Assembly (NCBI GenBank): GCA_034423575.1
Contig: DAOUIF010000078.1
Coordinates: forward strand, 3,865-67,864
Length of the DNA: 64,000 nt
From: Dehalococcoidia bacterium
GTDB taxonomy: Bacteria; Chloroflexota; Dehalococcoidia; Lucifugimonadales; UBA3495
Direction of reading: 5' to 3'
A program made the position numbers and the translations under genes. The notes below the pieces were generated by a model. That model searched no databases. It saw only the letters and a list, made by a program, of their open reading frames with translations, and was not told the DNA's origin. Position 1 is the first letter of the stretch; each line of letters opens with the position of its first letter. This document shows positions 1-9,644 of the stretch, piece after piece.

Positions 1-68
1 GTCTGGAACTAGCCACCTGCCCCGATCCACGGCAATCGAGTAAAACCAGCGGCTAGTGCCATGTATGT

Positions 69-98
69 GAAGGGGCGGGTTTGAGAACCTGCCCCTTC
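69..98. terminator. GC-rich hairpin just beyond the 3' end of the minus-strand gene 102-458
   Basis: GAAGGGGCGGG (69-79) and CCTGCCCCTTC (88-98) are complementary at 10 of 11 positions with an 8-nt loop. GCTTTATT follows on the + side only, so direction is unclear. Confidence 0.3.
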
Positions 99-101
99 GC
101 T

Positions 102-458
102 TTATTGCTCGATCAATTCCAGCGCCCGATGAACGAACTGGTGGACGTAAGGTCGATCAACCGCGATTTCGAAATCTTCCATTTCGTCGTGGAAGAAGTT
201 CTTGTGGAACTTCTCCGCCGCCGTGAATCCTCCGATCAGCAATGGATCGTCGTACTCTTCAGCGAGCCTCTGACTGACATTTTTCATGTCCCGGTGAGTG
301 CGGTGTTTCCAGCCGCGCCGGACCGCGACTGCGGTCAATGCTTCGTTGGCCGCTCCGTATAGCTTCTCCGATGCCTGCTGCCGTTCGCCGGCGGCAAATT
401 CCCGGTCGGAATCGGCTAGGAACTTGCGGGCGCACTCCGCATACTCCTGTTCAGTCAT
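102..458 (-). CDS. PaREP1-like / HEPN-superfamily small helical protein
   Basis: ORF 102..878 trimmed to the ATG at 458 (GGGAG about 9 nt upstream); the longer N-terminus is R/H/G-rich and antisense to pyk. It is paralogous to 13867..14376, sharing QA[ST]EK[LI][YW]GA...RGW...EYD...H.NF[FY].[DN]EM..EI. Confidence 0.6.
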   Translation of the reverse strand: MTEQEYAECARKFLADSDREFAAGERQQASEKLYGAANEALTAVAVRRGWKHRTHRDMKNVSQRLAEEYDDPLLIGGFTAAEKFHKNFFHDEMEDFEIAVDRPYVHQFVHRALELIEQ

Positions 459-478
459 GCCACAGGCTCCCGCGTTCG

Positions 479-1933
479 TCATATAGCGTCGGGCGCGGCG
501 GAAGACACTGCGTTGCGACCTATGTGGTCCAGGTATTCCTGGATGTTCAGCACCTGGATGGTATTGGTGGTGCCGGTTACGCCGGTCATGAACCCGTGAA
601 CCAGTGTGACCACGTCCCGCTCCGAAACCATGCCGGTGGCCATGGCCGCGTCGACCAGCATGGTGACCAGCTTGGCGACGTCGGGTTCGGCCGGGATGAC
701 CCCTTTGGGATTGAGCCCCCAGGCCATGCACACGCGGCGCTGCACCGCCGCGTCGTGGGAGAACACGATGATGTCGTTTTCGGGCCGGAAGCGCGACATC
801 TCGTAGGCGGCGCGCCCGGTGCTCGTGATCACGATGGGCTTGGCGTTGAGTGACTTGGCCAACTGGGTCGCGCCCCACGTCACCGATTGCGTCTGGTCCC
901 GTTGCGGGAACTCGGAGTAGTAGTGGTACATCTTTTCAGCCTGGACGATGGCAGCGTCGGCGATTCGCACCGCCTCCACCGGATACGAGCCCACCGCGAT
1001 TTCGTCGGAGAGCAGGATGGAATCGCAGCCGTCCAGGACGGCGTTGGCGATGTCGGACACCTCGGCCCGTGTGGGAGTTGGCGAGTTGACCATGGACCGC
1101 AGCATTTGTGTGGCCACTGAGGAGATGCGCCCGGCCCGATTGGCCTTGGTCACCATGTCCTTCTGGATCACGGGGACCTCCTCCATGGGCATTTCCACGC
1201 CCAAGTCACCGCGCGCGACCATGATGCCGTCCACTTCTCCGAGGATGTCTTCCAGGTTGGCTATGCACTCGCGGCGTTCCAGCTTGGCCATCACCGGAGC
1301 GCGGCTGCCGAGCTGGTTGAGATATGCGCGAGCGTAGCGGACGTCTTCGCCGGTGCGCACAAAAGAGAGCGCTACCCAGTCCACTTCCTGGTCAACTCCA
1401 AACTGCAGGGCGATCTTGTCGCTTTCCGTGATTACCGGCATGTCGATAGGCACGTCGGGGAGATTGACGCCCTTGTACGACGAGAGATTTCCTCCGTTGC
1501 GGACATGGGTCTTGACTTCCAGCTCCGGGGTTACTTCCTGGACTTCCAGGCATACCGTTCCATCGGAAATGTAAACCAGGTTGCCGGGGCGCATGCTGCG
1601 CAGGATGTCAGGTTCCGGAAAAGGCAGGAGGAAAGGAGAAACGGAGGCCGGCTCGTTGACGATGGAAACCTCATCGCCAAAGTTCAACTGTGCCGGCTCG
1701 GCCATGGTGCCCAGCCGGAACTTATTGCCGCCCAGGTCCTGCAGCACTGCCACGGGCCGGTTGTGTCGGTCGGACGCCGCCCGTACATTCGCAATCACTT
1801 CAGCATGCTCTTCCAGCGTGCCGTGGGAGAAGTTTAGGCGGGCGACATCCATGCCGGCGCTGACGAGCCGGTCCAGGATTTCCGGAGACCGGGATGCTGG
1901 GCCTATGGTGGCGATGATCTTGGTCTTGCGCAT
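479..1933 (-). CDS. pyk: pyruvate kinase
   Basis: 484-aa ORF with MRKTKIIATIGPAS...ARLNFSHG...MVARGDLGVE motifs. GAGGT lies about 8 nt upstream of the ATG. Confidence 0.95.
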   Translation of the reverse strand: MRKTKIIATIGPASRSPEILDRLVSAGMDVARLNFSHGTLEEHAEVIANVRAASDRHNRPVAVLQDLGGNKFRLGTMAEPAQLNFGDEVSIVNEPASVSPFLLPFPEPDILRSMRPGNLVYISDGTVCLEVQEVTPELEVKTHVRNGGNLSSYKGVNLPDVPIDMPVITESDKIALQFGVDQEVDWVALSFVRTGEDVRYARAYLNQLGSRAPVMAKLERRECIANLEDILGEVDGIMVARGDLGVEMPMEEVPVIQKDMVTKANRAGRISSVATQMLRSMVNSPTPTRAEVSDIANAVLDGCDSILLSDEIAVGSYPVEAVRIADAAIVQAEKMYHYYSEFPQRDQTQSVTWGATQLAKSLNAKPIVITSTGRAAYEMSRFRPENDIIVFSHDAAVQRRVCMAWGLNPKGVIPAEPDVAKLVTMLVDAAMATGMVSERDVVTLVHGFMTGVTGTTNTIQVLNIQEYLDHIGRNAVSSAAPDAI

Positions 1934-1972
1934 GATATCTACCTCTGCTCCATCGTCCTCTCTCTTTGGCCC

Positions 1973-2002
1973 ATTATAACCCGGCCCCCGTTTAGGTCGT
2001 CA
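1973..2002 (-). promoter_or_regulatory. candidate sigma70-type promoter for pyk
   Basis: On the minus strand: TGACGA, 18 nt, TATAAT (the -10 is + strand ATTATA at 1973-1978), about 40 nt upstream of the pyk ATG. Confidence 0.35.
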
Positions 2003-2103
2003 TATTGATACGCGCGACGGTAGCGTCGCTTTTTATGGCGTAGCAGTAAATTTACGAGCGTATTTTCGCAGTCCCGCATCGGAAATACGATGACGGGCGA
2101 CTG

Positions 2104-2140
2104 CCGAAAACAGCAGGGGCGTCCCAAGCGGACGCCCCTG
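2104..2140 (-). terminator. rho-independent terminator downstream of the LLM oxidoreductase gene
   Basis: Perfect 11-bp stem CAGGGGCGTCC (2114-2124) / GGACGCCCCTG (2130-2140) with a 5-nt loop, followed on the minus strand by TGTTTTCGG. Confidence 0.7.
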
Positions 2141-2169
2141 CACTGTCTCTCAGTGATGCGGACAGACTA

Positions 2170-3336
2170 TCAACTGCGCTGGCGGCTTTCCTCGTAGGCC
2201 TGAGTGGCGCGGTCGAGACCGGCGCGGCGGTTGACCTGGAGGGTGTCACGCAGATTGGACGCCCATTGCTGGGAGGTCTGGATGCCGGACAGGCTGCCCT
2301 GGAATTGGGGCATGACGTACCGGGCCAACAGCTCGTACGACCGGTGCAGCTTGTCACGGGGCGCCCAGTCCTCCACCCGAACCAGCAGCCCACCGAAGCC
2401 GCCGGAAATTTCCTGCAGCTCGTTGATGCGCTGGATGCAGTCGTCGGGCGTACCTACGATCCATTGCTTGTTGTCGGTCATGAAATCAACGATCTGGTCG
2501 CGGGGGACGTCCGGCACTTCGTGGCCGAGAGTATTGCCGAAATACTCGGTGACGACACGGGCGGAGCCTTCGCGGATGTCCTCCTGGGCCTGCTTCTTGG
2601 AATCTGCCAGATGGACACCGACTGAAAGGCGCCATTCCTCGCGCTTTACGGTTTGACCGTGCTCGGCGGCGGTCTCCTCCGCGATAGCCCACTGGTCTTT
2701 CAGGCTGGTGGAGCGCACCATGTCCCGGGGGACGCTGAGCGAGATGACACCCGCGCCGTACTTGCCCGCCGTGGTCACGCCAGCCGGCGACTGCACCGAA
2801 GCGACAACCAGGGGGAAGGGCTGCTGGTAGGGGCGCAACTGCAAATGGGCGTCGTGCAGCTCGAACCAGTTGCTCTCGTAGGTGTAAGGCTCATCGCTGT
2901 CCATCAACCGCTTGATGACGCCAAGGGACTCGTCCATCATTTCCCTTTGTCGGGCCGGGTCGATGCCGAACATGTAGGCATCCGACGCCAGGGCGCCGGG
3001 GCCAACGCCCAGCATCACGCGCCCGCGGGTGAGGTGGTCCAGGAGGACCATGCGATTGGCGACCATATAGGGGTGGTGATAGGGGAGGCTCACGACGCCG
3101 GTGCCGAGGCGCAGGTTGCGAGTACGCTCGGCGGCGGTTGCCATGAAGACTTCCGGCGAGGCGATGGTTTCCCACCCGGCGCTGTGATGCTCGCCGACCC
3201 AGGCTTCGTCGTAGCCCAGTTGGTCCAGCCACTGGAGGAGTTCCAGGTCACGCTCAAGGGCCAGGGTTGGGTTCTCGCCGACCCGGTGGAACGGAGCCAT
3301 AAATACGCCAAATTTCATGCGGGCCGGAGCGTTCAT
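2170..3336 (-). CDS. LLM-class (luciferase-like) flavin-dependent oxidoreductase
   Basis: MKFGVFMAPFH...GYDEAWVGEHHS pattern. Start moved to the ATG at 3336 because GAGGAGG sits at 3343-3349. Confidence 0.85.
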   Translation of the reverse strand: MNAPARMKFGVFMAPFHRVGENPTLALERDLELLQWLDQLGYDEAWVGEHHSAGWETIASPEVFMATAAERTRNLRLGTGVVSLPYHHPYMVANRMVLLDHLTRGRVMLGVGPGALASDAYMFGIDPARQREMMDESLGVIKRLMDSDEPYTYESNWFELHDAHLQLRPYQQPFPLVVASVQSPAGVTTAGKYGAGVISLSVPRDMVRSTSLKDQWAIAEETAAEHGQTVKREEWRLSVGVHLADSKKQAQEDIREGSARVVTEYFGNTLGHEVPDVPRDQIVDFMTDNKQWIVGTPDDCIQRINELQEISGGFGGLLVRVEDWAPRDKLHRSYELLARYVMPQFQGSLSGIQTSQQWASNLRDTLQVNRRAGLDRATQAYEESRQRS

Positions 3337-3421
3337 CGATTGCCTCCTCATGTGGCTATGGGAAATTCAAGGTCGCTGGATGCGTCATTCTAACACGCAG
3401 GGTCGCAGCATCGGGCGACGG

Positions 3422-4096
3422 TCAGAAGGCGCGGGGTGGCAGTACCCGGCGGTAGACCCCAGGCGAGCCCGGTGCGTGGCCGTACGTTCCGCCAATGTAC
3501 TCATGCATCGTGTCCTGGCGACGCTGGTTCTCCCACGCCAGGGTTTCCGGCACTTTTTCGTGCTCGAATTCGTACATCGTCAGGTATTTGGGAGCGCCTT
3601 CCACGGCGTGATACCGGCGAACGTGGAGGCAGCCTGGAATCTGCAGGTTTGCCGGCGTGCGCACCGTGTCGTAGTACTCGTTATACTTGGCCTCGATGTC
3701 GGCCGGAACATCCATCCGGCCGATCTGCAAGGCGGGTGCCATCCCTCTCCCCAGGGTGTGTGGGTCGCTTTCGTCGGGATAGATCTGGGTGCAGGCGAGG
3801 CGCACGGTGCCCCGCCCCACCACGTTGGGGGACATGCGCCTGGTCCACTCCGTAGGATTCTGGCTCATGCGCAGGTATTCGTCCGTGTGCAGAGCGTCGA
3901 CAGTCTCCAACTCGTACACCGCCAGGTAGCGCGGGCCGCCGCGCAGCGCTTCGTAGCGGGCGGCGTCCAGGAACCCGGGAGCGCTGAGGCGTTCCGGTAC
4001 GTGTTCTTCGTTGTACCAGGCATTAAATTCGGCGTCGTTCTCAATGTCGACGTCGGTGAAGACGATCAACAGAGCGGAACCCTTTTTCTTGGCCAT
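3422..4096 (-). CDS. duplicated EthD-like / dimeric alpha-beta-barrel domain protein, function unknown
   Basis: 224 aa with two internal modules (FNAWYNEEHVPERL..PGFLDAARY and YNEYYDTVRTPANL..PGCLHVRRY). Confidence 0.6.
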   Translation of the reverse strand: MAKKKGSALLIVFTDVDIENDAEFNAWYNEEHVPERLSAPGFLDAARYEALRGGPRYLAVYELETVDALHTDEYLRMSQNPTEWTRRMSPNVVGRGTVRLACTQIYPDESDPHTLGRGMAPALQIGRMDVPADIEAKYNEYYDTVRTPANLQIPGCLHVRRYHAVEGAPKYLTMYEFEHEKVPETLAWENQRRQDTMHEYIGGTYGHAPGSPGVYRRVLPPRAF

Positions 4097-4175
4097 GACG
4101 CACCTCCCTTTCGCTCCGCATTAAACCACAACCGCGAGCGGGGCACCTGGGTTCCAGGGGTTGATCACGGCGCGG

Positions 4176-5013
4176 CTAAGGGCTGCGGGCGCGGTGAAGA
4201 AGATGATCGGGCATGAGATTGGGTTGGATTAGATTGAAGTCGATGGGGTTATCAGGGTATTCGGCGTTATGGCGCGCCAGGTAATCGGCGTAACGGGCGG
4301 TGAAGGCGTCCATTTCATCAAGGTCGTGGATGAAATGGGGTTCGGCGGGGGGCGTTCGGGCGGCTTTTTCGAGTTCCTGGTCGCTGAGGGGATTGCCGTT
4401 GCAGTCGTGTCGGCGGTCTTCGCAGGGAAAGGGGTAGTAATAGCTGGCGTAGTACACGGGGCCGTGCCGGGCTGAATTCGATATGCTCGGCAAGGCGGCG
4501 CTGGGCTTCTATCTCAGCGGGGTCCGGCTCGGCGGGGTCAGGTTCGGGGTCGGCTTGGGTTGCTTCGGAGGTGTCCTGGCTCTGATCTTCGGCGTCGTGG
4601 TTGAAACCGAGGCGGAGGAGTTCTTTGGCGGCGGAGAGCCGGTGGCAGGGTTTGAAGTCGGGGAGTGCGCCCTGCATGGCGTCGACGAGGAAGCGGACGG
4701 CGGCGCGGCCGTGATCGGTTTCATCGCGAACGATTTCGGCCAATGCGGAACGAATGCGGCGCGTTGCCTCGGTGGTTTCGGTTTCGGCTTGCGGCTGGGA
4801 GCGAGGATGGGGTAGAGGGGAGCGTCGAGGGGCGGCGCGGTCGACGACAGCTTGGGCGGGCTCGAAGCCGAGTTTGACGAGCAGACGGGCGGCGTCGAGG
4901 CGGTGGCAGGGCAGGGAGTCGGGGAGTTCGCCGTGCATGGTGGATATGAGGAAGCGGACGATGAGCCGGCCGTCCTGGGTTTCCTGGGCGATGATGTCGG
5001 CGATATCAGACAT
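4176..5013 (-). pseudogene. hypothetical protein with a tandem ~47-aa repeat; the reading frame switches near 4470
   Basis: ORF 4318..5013 turns into an R/P-rich tail after ...AEHIEFS. The overlapping ORF 4176..4493 continues with a normal-looking sequence (ARHGPVYYASYYYPFPCEDRRHDC...). Confidence 0.5.
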
Positions 5014-5194
5014 ATGTTCTGATTGTAGGTTGACGGGCGGAGGGTGTCAAAGGGAGATGCTCCTCACGCGTACCCGCTTTAGCGACGGGAGTAAATTTAC
5101 AGGGATAAACGGGATGAAGGGGATTATCAAGAGGAAGGTTTCGGTTGCCGCTTGCAGTGGTTTGAATTACGATAGACGATGATTTGCGATCAGC

Positions 5195-6244
5195 ATGATC
5201 GAACGCAACGGACGTAATGACTTGACACAACGAACCAAAGCGCTGGTGACCGGTGGGGCTGGGTTCATCGGCTCCCACCTGGTCGATGGGCTGCTGGATA
5301 GCGGATACGACGTGGCGGTGGTGGACAACCTGAGCAGCGGCCAGTTGCGCAACGTGAACCACCAGGCGACTTTTTATCATGCAGAGTTGAACGATGTTCG
5401 CTTGAATCAGATCGTCCAGCGGGAACGGCCGGAGATCGTGTTTCACCTGGCGGCGCAGAGCAGCGTCCGTCAGTCGGCCATCGATCCGGTGGCCGACGCC
5501 GACGCCAACGTGATGGGCACCATCCGTTTGATTGCGGCGGCGGCTTCCGAAGGCGTGGAGAAGTTCATCTTCTCGTCCACCGGAGGCGCGATCTACGGCG
5601 ACCCCGAGACGATACCCTGCGACGAAGATACGCCGATCAACCCGCTGACTCCTTACGCCCTTTCGAAGTATGTCGGCGAGCAATACCTGGAGCTTTTCAA
5701 CGAGACGTATGGACTGGATTACACGATCCTCCGGTACGCCAACGTTTACGGCCCCGGTCAAAATCCCGATGGGGAAGCCGGCGTGATCGCGATCTTTGCC
5801 GGGATGATGCTCAGCGAGCGCAGGCCGCAAATCTTCGGGGATGGTCTCCAGGAGCGTGATTTTGTCTATGTGTCCGACGTGGTCCGGGCCAACCTCGCCG
5901 CCGTCAATAAAGGCCACGGCAGGACGTACAACATCGGCACCGGGCAGCAGGTCAGCGTAGCGCGGATTTACGAGATGCTGCAGGAAATCGTCGAATTCGA
6001 TCCGGAGCCGGACTATCGACCTCGGCGAACCGGTGAGGTGCTCCATATCGCCCTCGACTCCACTCGCGCGGAGAGAGAGCTGAAGTGGACGCCAGAGGTG
6101 CCTCTCGAGGAAGGGCTGCGGCGTTCGGTCGAGTACGTTCGCGCTTCGTTTTCACAGCGGGCCAACCGTGTAGGGGCCACGGCAGATCGCAGACGCCATC
6201 ACGCCAATCCGGCGCAAGCAGTCGCCAACGGATCGAACAGATAA
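5195..6244 (+). CDS. NAD-dependent epimerase/dehydratase (UDP-glucose 4-epimerase-like, extended SDR)
   Basis: TGGAGFIGSHL Rossmann motif and YALSKYVGE (YxxxK). Confidence 0.85.
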   Translation: MIERNGRNDLTQRTKALVTGGAGFIGSHLVDGLLDSGYDVAVVDNLSSGQLRNVNHQATFYHAELNDVRLNQIVQRERPEIVFHLAAQSSVRQSAIDPVADADANVMGTIRLIAAAASEGVEKFIFSSTGGAIYGDPETIPCDEDTPINPLTPYALSKYVGEQYLELFNETYGLDYTILRYANVYGPGQNPDGEAGVIAIFAGMMLSERRPQIFGDGLQERDFVYVSDVVRANLAAVNKGHGRTYNIGTGQQVSVARIYEMLQEIVEFDPEPDYRPRRTGEVLHIALDSTRAERELKWTPEVPLEEGLRRSVEYVRASFSQRANRVGATADRRRHHANPAQAVANGSNR

Positions 6245-6260
6245 AGGAGGAATCCAACCG

Positions 6261-7181
6261 ATGTCCAACGACTACGACGTTGTGATCCTTGGAGCCGGCG
6301 CCGCCGGTATGTCGGCGGGGCTCTATTCGACCCGAGCCATGCTCAGCACGCTCATGATCGAAAGCATCGGTCCCGGCGGTCAACTGCTGATCACCGATGA
6401 TATCGAGAACTATCCCGGCTTCCGGGACGGCGTAAAGGGTCAGGCGCTGGCGGATGAGATGTATGTCCAAGCGGAGCGTTTCGGGGCCAGAATGGAGTTC
6501 GCCGAAGTCGAAGGTGTGGAAAACCTGTACCAAGACCGGAAATTGATCCGTACTTCCGAGGGCGACTTCACAGCGCGGGCCCTGATCATCGCCACCGGCG
6601 GTTCCCACAACAAGCTGGGGGTCCCCGGCGAGGACGAGTTTGGGGGACGCGGCGTTTCGTATTGCGCGGTCTGCGACGGGAATTTCTTTCGTGGGCAGGA
6701 CGTGGTGGTTGTCGGTGGGGGTGACTCCGCCATGGACGAGAGCTACTACCTGACCGGCATCTGCAACTCGGTTACGATCATCCACCGCCGCGACGAACTT
6801 CGCGCCACCAAGGTGCTGCAGGACCGCGCCTTTTCCAACCCGAAGTACAAATGGCTGTGGAGCCATGTCGTCGAGGAGTTCGTGGGCAACGACGTGTTGG
6901 AGGCCGCCCGGGTCAAGAACCTGAAAACCGATGAGGTGTACGACTATCCAACCGCAGCCGCGTTTGTCTACGTCGGTTTCCATCCCAACACGGAGGCCTT
7001 CAAAGAGCAGCTGGACATGGATGAACTGGGCCACATCCGCAGCGACCTGCACATGAGGACTAACATACCCAGGGTTTACGTCTGTGGCGATGCGCGGGCG
7101 GAATCCACCAGGCAACTGGGAGCCGCCGTGGGGGACGGGATCACAGCCGCGCTGGCGGCTTTCCATGATCTGTCGTCGTAA
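6261..7181 (+). CDS. trxB: thioredoxin-disulfide reductase
   Basis: GAGAAG FAD motif, redox-active CAVC (SYCAVCDG) and GGGDSAMDE NADPH motif, with AAGGAGG upstream. Confidence 0.93.
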   Translation: MSNDYDVVILGAGAAGMSAGLYSTRAMLSTLMIESIGPGGQLLITDDIENYPGFRDGVKGQALADEMYVQAERFGARMEFAEVEGVENLYQDRKLIRTSEGDFTARALIIATGGSHNKLGVPGEDEFGGRGVSYCAVCDGNFFRGQDVVVVGGGDSAMDESYYLTGICNSVTIIHRRDELRATKVLQDRAFSNPKYKWLWSHVVEEFVGNDVLEAARVKNLKTDEVYDYPTAAAFVYVGFHPNTEAFKEQLDMDELGHIRSDLHMRTNIPRVYVCGDARAESTRQLGAAVGDGITAALAAFHDLSS

Positions 7182-7210
7182 GCCGGCGACGGCATTGAGG
7201 ACAAAACGAG

Positions 7211-7243
7211 ATTTAGGGGCGGGTCCCATACCCGCCCCTAAAT
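7211..7243. terminator. bidirectional terminator-like palindrome between convergent trxB and the TauE-family gene
   Basis: Perfect 14-bp arms ATTTAGGGGCGGGT (7211-7224) / ACCCGCCCCTAAAT (7230-7243) with a 5-nt loop. The minus side continues CTCGTTTTGT. Confidence 0.55.
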
Positions 7244-7981
7244 CAATCTGGCCGTCTCCCGAATCAGCAACGACGCGCTGCCGCCAATGATTACGAACAG
7301 AACCGCGTAGCGAAAAATGCTTAGGCTCATGCGGCGGGCCAGCCAACCGCCCAGCGTGGAGCCGATCACGACCACCGGGATCCCGATCGCCATTTCCAGC
7401 TCGACGCCCTGGGGTATCAACCCGACCGCATAGTACAGCGCCAACCCCAACGCTCCGGCCAGCAGGAAATACACCGCAAGGGTCGCGCGCATGGTTTCCC
7501 GGGGCCAGTCCTGCTCAATGGCGTAGATGGCAGCCACCGGGCCGCCGATGCTCAGGGTCGTAGTCAACAAGGTGGTGGTAAAACCGAAGCCGACGGCGGC
7601 CCATCGGGTGCGGGAGGCGGGAACCCGCACGTTGAACAGGGTAAGCAAGGCGATCACCAGGATCAGGCTGACGATGGATAGTCGGAGCGCGACGGGCGCG
7701 GCGACGCTGAGCAGCAGCACCCCCAGGGGCACCGGCGGCAGGCCGGATACGATGAACAGCCAGGACTGCCGCCAGCGAAAGGCGCGCCAGGTCTGGAACA
7801 GAATCAGCACCGTGGCCACGACGATCATGGCGTTGGACAGCACCACCACTTGGCGTGGGGCCAGTATCAGCAGCAGGATCGGCGCCATGGCCAGCGCCAT
7901 ACCGAAACCAACGGCGCTGAAAACGAACGATCCCAGCAGCAGCGCCGCCAGGATGACAGCGAGCTCCCAGCCGAAGGGCAT
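7238..7981 (-). CDS. TauE/SafE-family anion exporter (polytopic membrane protein)
   Basis: 247 aa, hydrophobic throughout with many TM segments. Its ATG overlaps the upstream gene's TGA by 1 nt (TGATG). Confidence 0.75.
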   Translation of the reverse strand: MPFGWELAVILAALLLGSFVFSAVGFGMALAMAPILLLILAPRQVVVLSNAMIVVATVLILFQTWRAFRWRQSWLFIVSGLPPVPLGVLLLSVAAPVALRLSIVSLILVIALLTLFNVRVPASRTRWAAVGFGFTTTLLTTTLSIGGPVAAIYAIEQDWPRETMRATLAVYFLLAGALGLALYYAVGLIPQGVELEMAIGIPVVVIGSTLGGWLARRMSLSIFRYAVLFVIIGGSASLLIRETARLI

Positions 7982-8988
7982 CAGGCCAGGTTGAACAATC
8001 CGAGTTGGGCAGCGCGGCGCAGGGTACGCTGGACCAATACCACCGGCGGCCCGTTTCGAGCCAGCACAATTTCCGCCGAATCGTCGGGCGTCAGCGTGAG
8101 TGAACGCTCACCGTCCAGGGCGATCGTGCAATAACGGGGTTCCAGTGCGACCGGGACTCCCTCCTGGAGCAGTTCCCACGATGCAATCGAGGCCGTCTCC
8201 ACAATGCCCGGCGCCACCGGCGCTATGACGGTATCTGCCGGCGGCGGATCGGCGTCGGCTCCGCCGCGTGCCAGCACGTAGCGCAGGCCGCCGACATCGC
8301 CGATGGACAGGGGATGGAGACGTCCGCCCACCGACGACAATCCGATGCCACCGGGTTCGGCGCGGGTGAGAAAGACCTCATGAACGGTGTCCAAATCCCA
8401 GATCGCCCGGGTGGCCACATAGCGCTCCCGGGAGATGGCCACGTCCACCAGAGCGAGGTCGCGGAACTCGCCGTTGACGTTGATTTGCAGGGTCTTGCTG
8501 ACCACTGAGGTGTCGGTTGGTTCCATGCGGCCTGAGGAGATGAGGCCGGCAGCGATCCCGGCCAGCGTACCCTCCACCATCACCGGAAAGATATTGTTGG
8601 TCCCGGTGGAGATGGCAACCAGCGGGATCTGATTCGTACCCACTGCCACGGCCCGGTTAGTGCCGTCCCCGCCCAGCGTGATCAGGCAGCCCACGTTCAT
8701 TGACGCCATCATGGCGGCGGCCCGGGTGGTGTCTCCCTCGGTATAGAGAGGAGACATGGGCAGCATTTCCAGCGGCAGGGAGATATTGGAATCGTCAGCG
8801 GCCCGGCGACACAGATTGCCGCTGTCGGGCATCGCCACTACCCGTGTCACATCAGTGGATTGCAGGCCGATGAGGACACGTCGGACCGTGTTCACCTTTT
8901 CCCAATCGGGCACCACCCGGCCCTGGGCCACCAGGCGGCGGATGTCCTTACTGGCGGCGGGATTGGCGATGATTCCGACAGTGGTCAT
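7981..8988 (-). CDS. ATP-NAD kinase family protein (AcoX-like)
   Basis: GGDGT motif (ITLGGDGTNRAV). Start set at MTTVGIIANP (ATG 8988); the upstream part of the ORF is Pro-rich and unconserved-looking. Confidence 0.7.
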   Translation of the reverse strand: MTTVGIIANPAASKDIRRLVAQGRVVPDWEKVNTVRRVLIGLQSTDVTRVVAMPDSGNLCRRAADDSNISLPLEMLPMSPLYTEGDTTRAAAMMASMNVGCLITLGGDGTNRAVAVGTNQIPLVAISTGTNNIFPVMVEGTLAGIAAGLISSGRMEPTDTSVVSKTLQINVNGEFRDLALVDVAISRERYVATRAIWDLDTVHEVFLTRAEPGGIGLSSVGGRLHPLSIGDVGGLRYVLARGGADADPPPADTVIAPVAPGIVETASIASWELLQEGVPVALEPRYCTIALDGERSLTLTPDDSAEIVLARNGPPVVLVQRTLRRAAQLGLFNLA

Positions 8989-9198
8989 GGTGGCGGAGGC
9001 CGGCGGATTGGCGAGGGTTGGTGACGACGGCACACTATACACCATGGGGGTTTGCGGGCCACGCCTGGATCGCAACGCGCGGTTCCGCAATGCGTTGCAA
9101 ATGGAGCCGGCGAACGGTAGCGGTAAAGGCGGTGTGGTAATGTTGCCGACCAATGAGGTGATCGAGTAATCCCGGACTATTGCGGCAAGGATGGTAGA

Positions 9199-9609
9199 AT
9201 GCGGGACAACGAAATCAACCGACCAACGTGGCGCTTCTTTGACGGTTCAGTATCAATCAGTGTCAGCATGTTGCTTGCGGTTCTGCTGTCCGGTTGCCAG
9301 CGGTGTCAAAGCGCTCCGTTGCTGGAATACTTGGGTATACTGACCAACAAAGATGACGGGGTGATAATCGTAGCCACGCTTCTGTTGTTTCCGACATCAT
9401 TGGCGCTTTACGGAGTATTGATAATGTTTTTCGCCGCCAAAGAATTCGTAGAGAAAAGGGCCGCAAATCGAGGCCGTGAGGAAGGCCGCGAGGAAGGCCG
9501 CGAGGAGGGTCGCCTTGCGGAGCGACAGCGCATTAGACGCGCGTTGGAAGCGCGAGGGGTGACCGTCACCCCGGAACTGGCCGGCATTCTTGCCGGCGAA
9601 TCGGAGTAG
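9199..9609 (+). CDS. small membrane protein with a charged (EEGR)x3 tail
   Basis: 136 aa with two hydrophobic helices, then REEGREEGREEGRLAERQRIRRALEARG. It is encoded partly by a 12-nt x3 tandem repeat at 9478-9513. Confidence 0.55.
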   Translation: MRDNEINRPTWRFFDGSVSISVSMLLAVLLSGCQRCQSAPLLEYLGILTNKDDGVIIVATLLLFPTSLALYGVLIMFFAAKEFVEKRAANRGREEGREEGREEGRLAERQRIRRALEARGVTVTPELAGILAGESE

Positions 9610-9644
9610 CCGGGTCGGGGCGGCAACGCCAGTCCATTCAGCCT

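Noticed and set aside
5006-7346. Long minus-strand ORFs 5006..6046 (346 aa) and 5952..7346 (464 aa)
   Set aside because: They are antisense shadows of the epimerase and trxB genes, which carry clear motifs. Their products are R/G/P/H-rich with no recognisable motifs, as is typical of high-G+C antisense frames.
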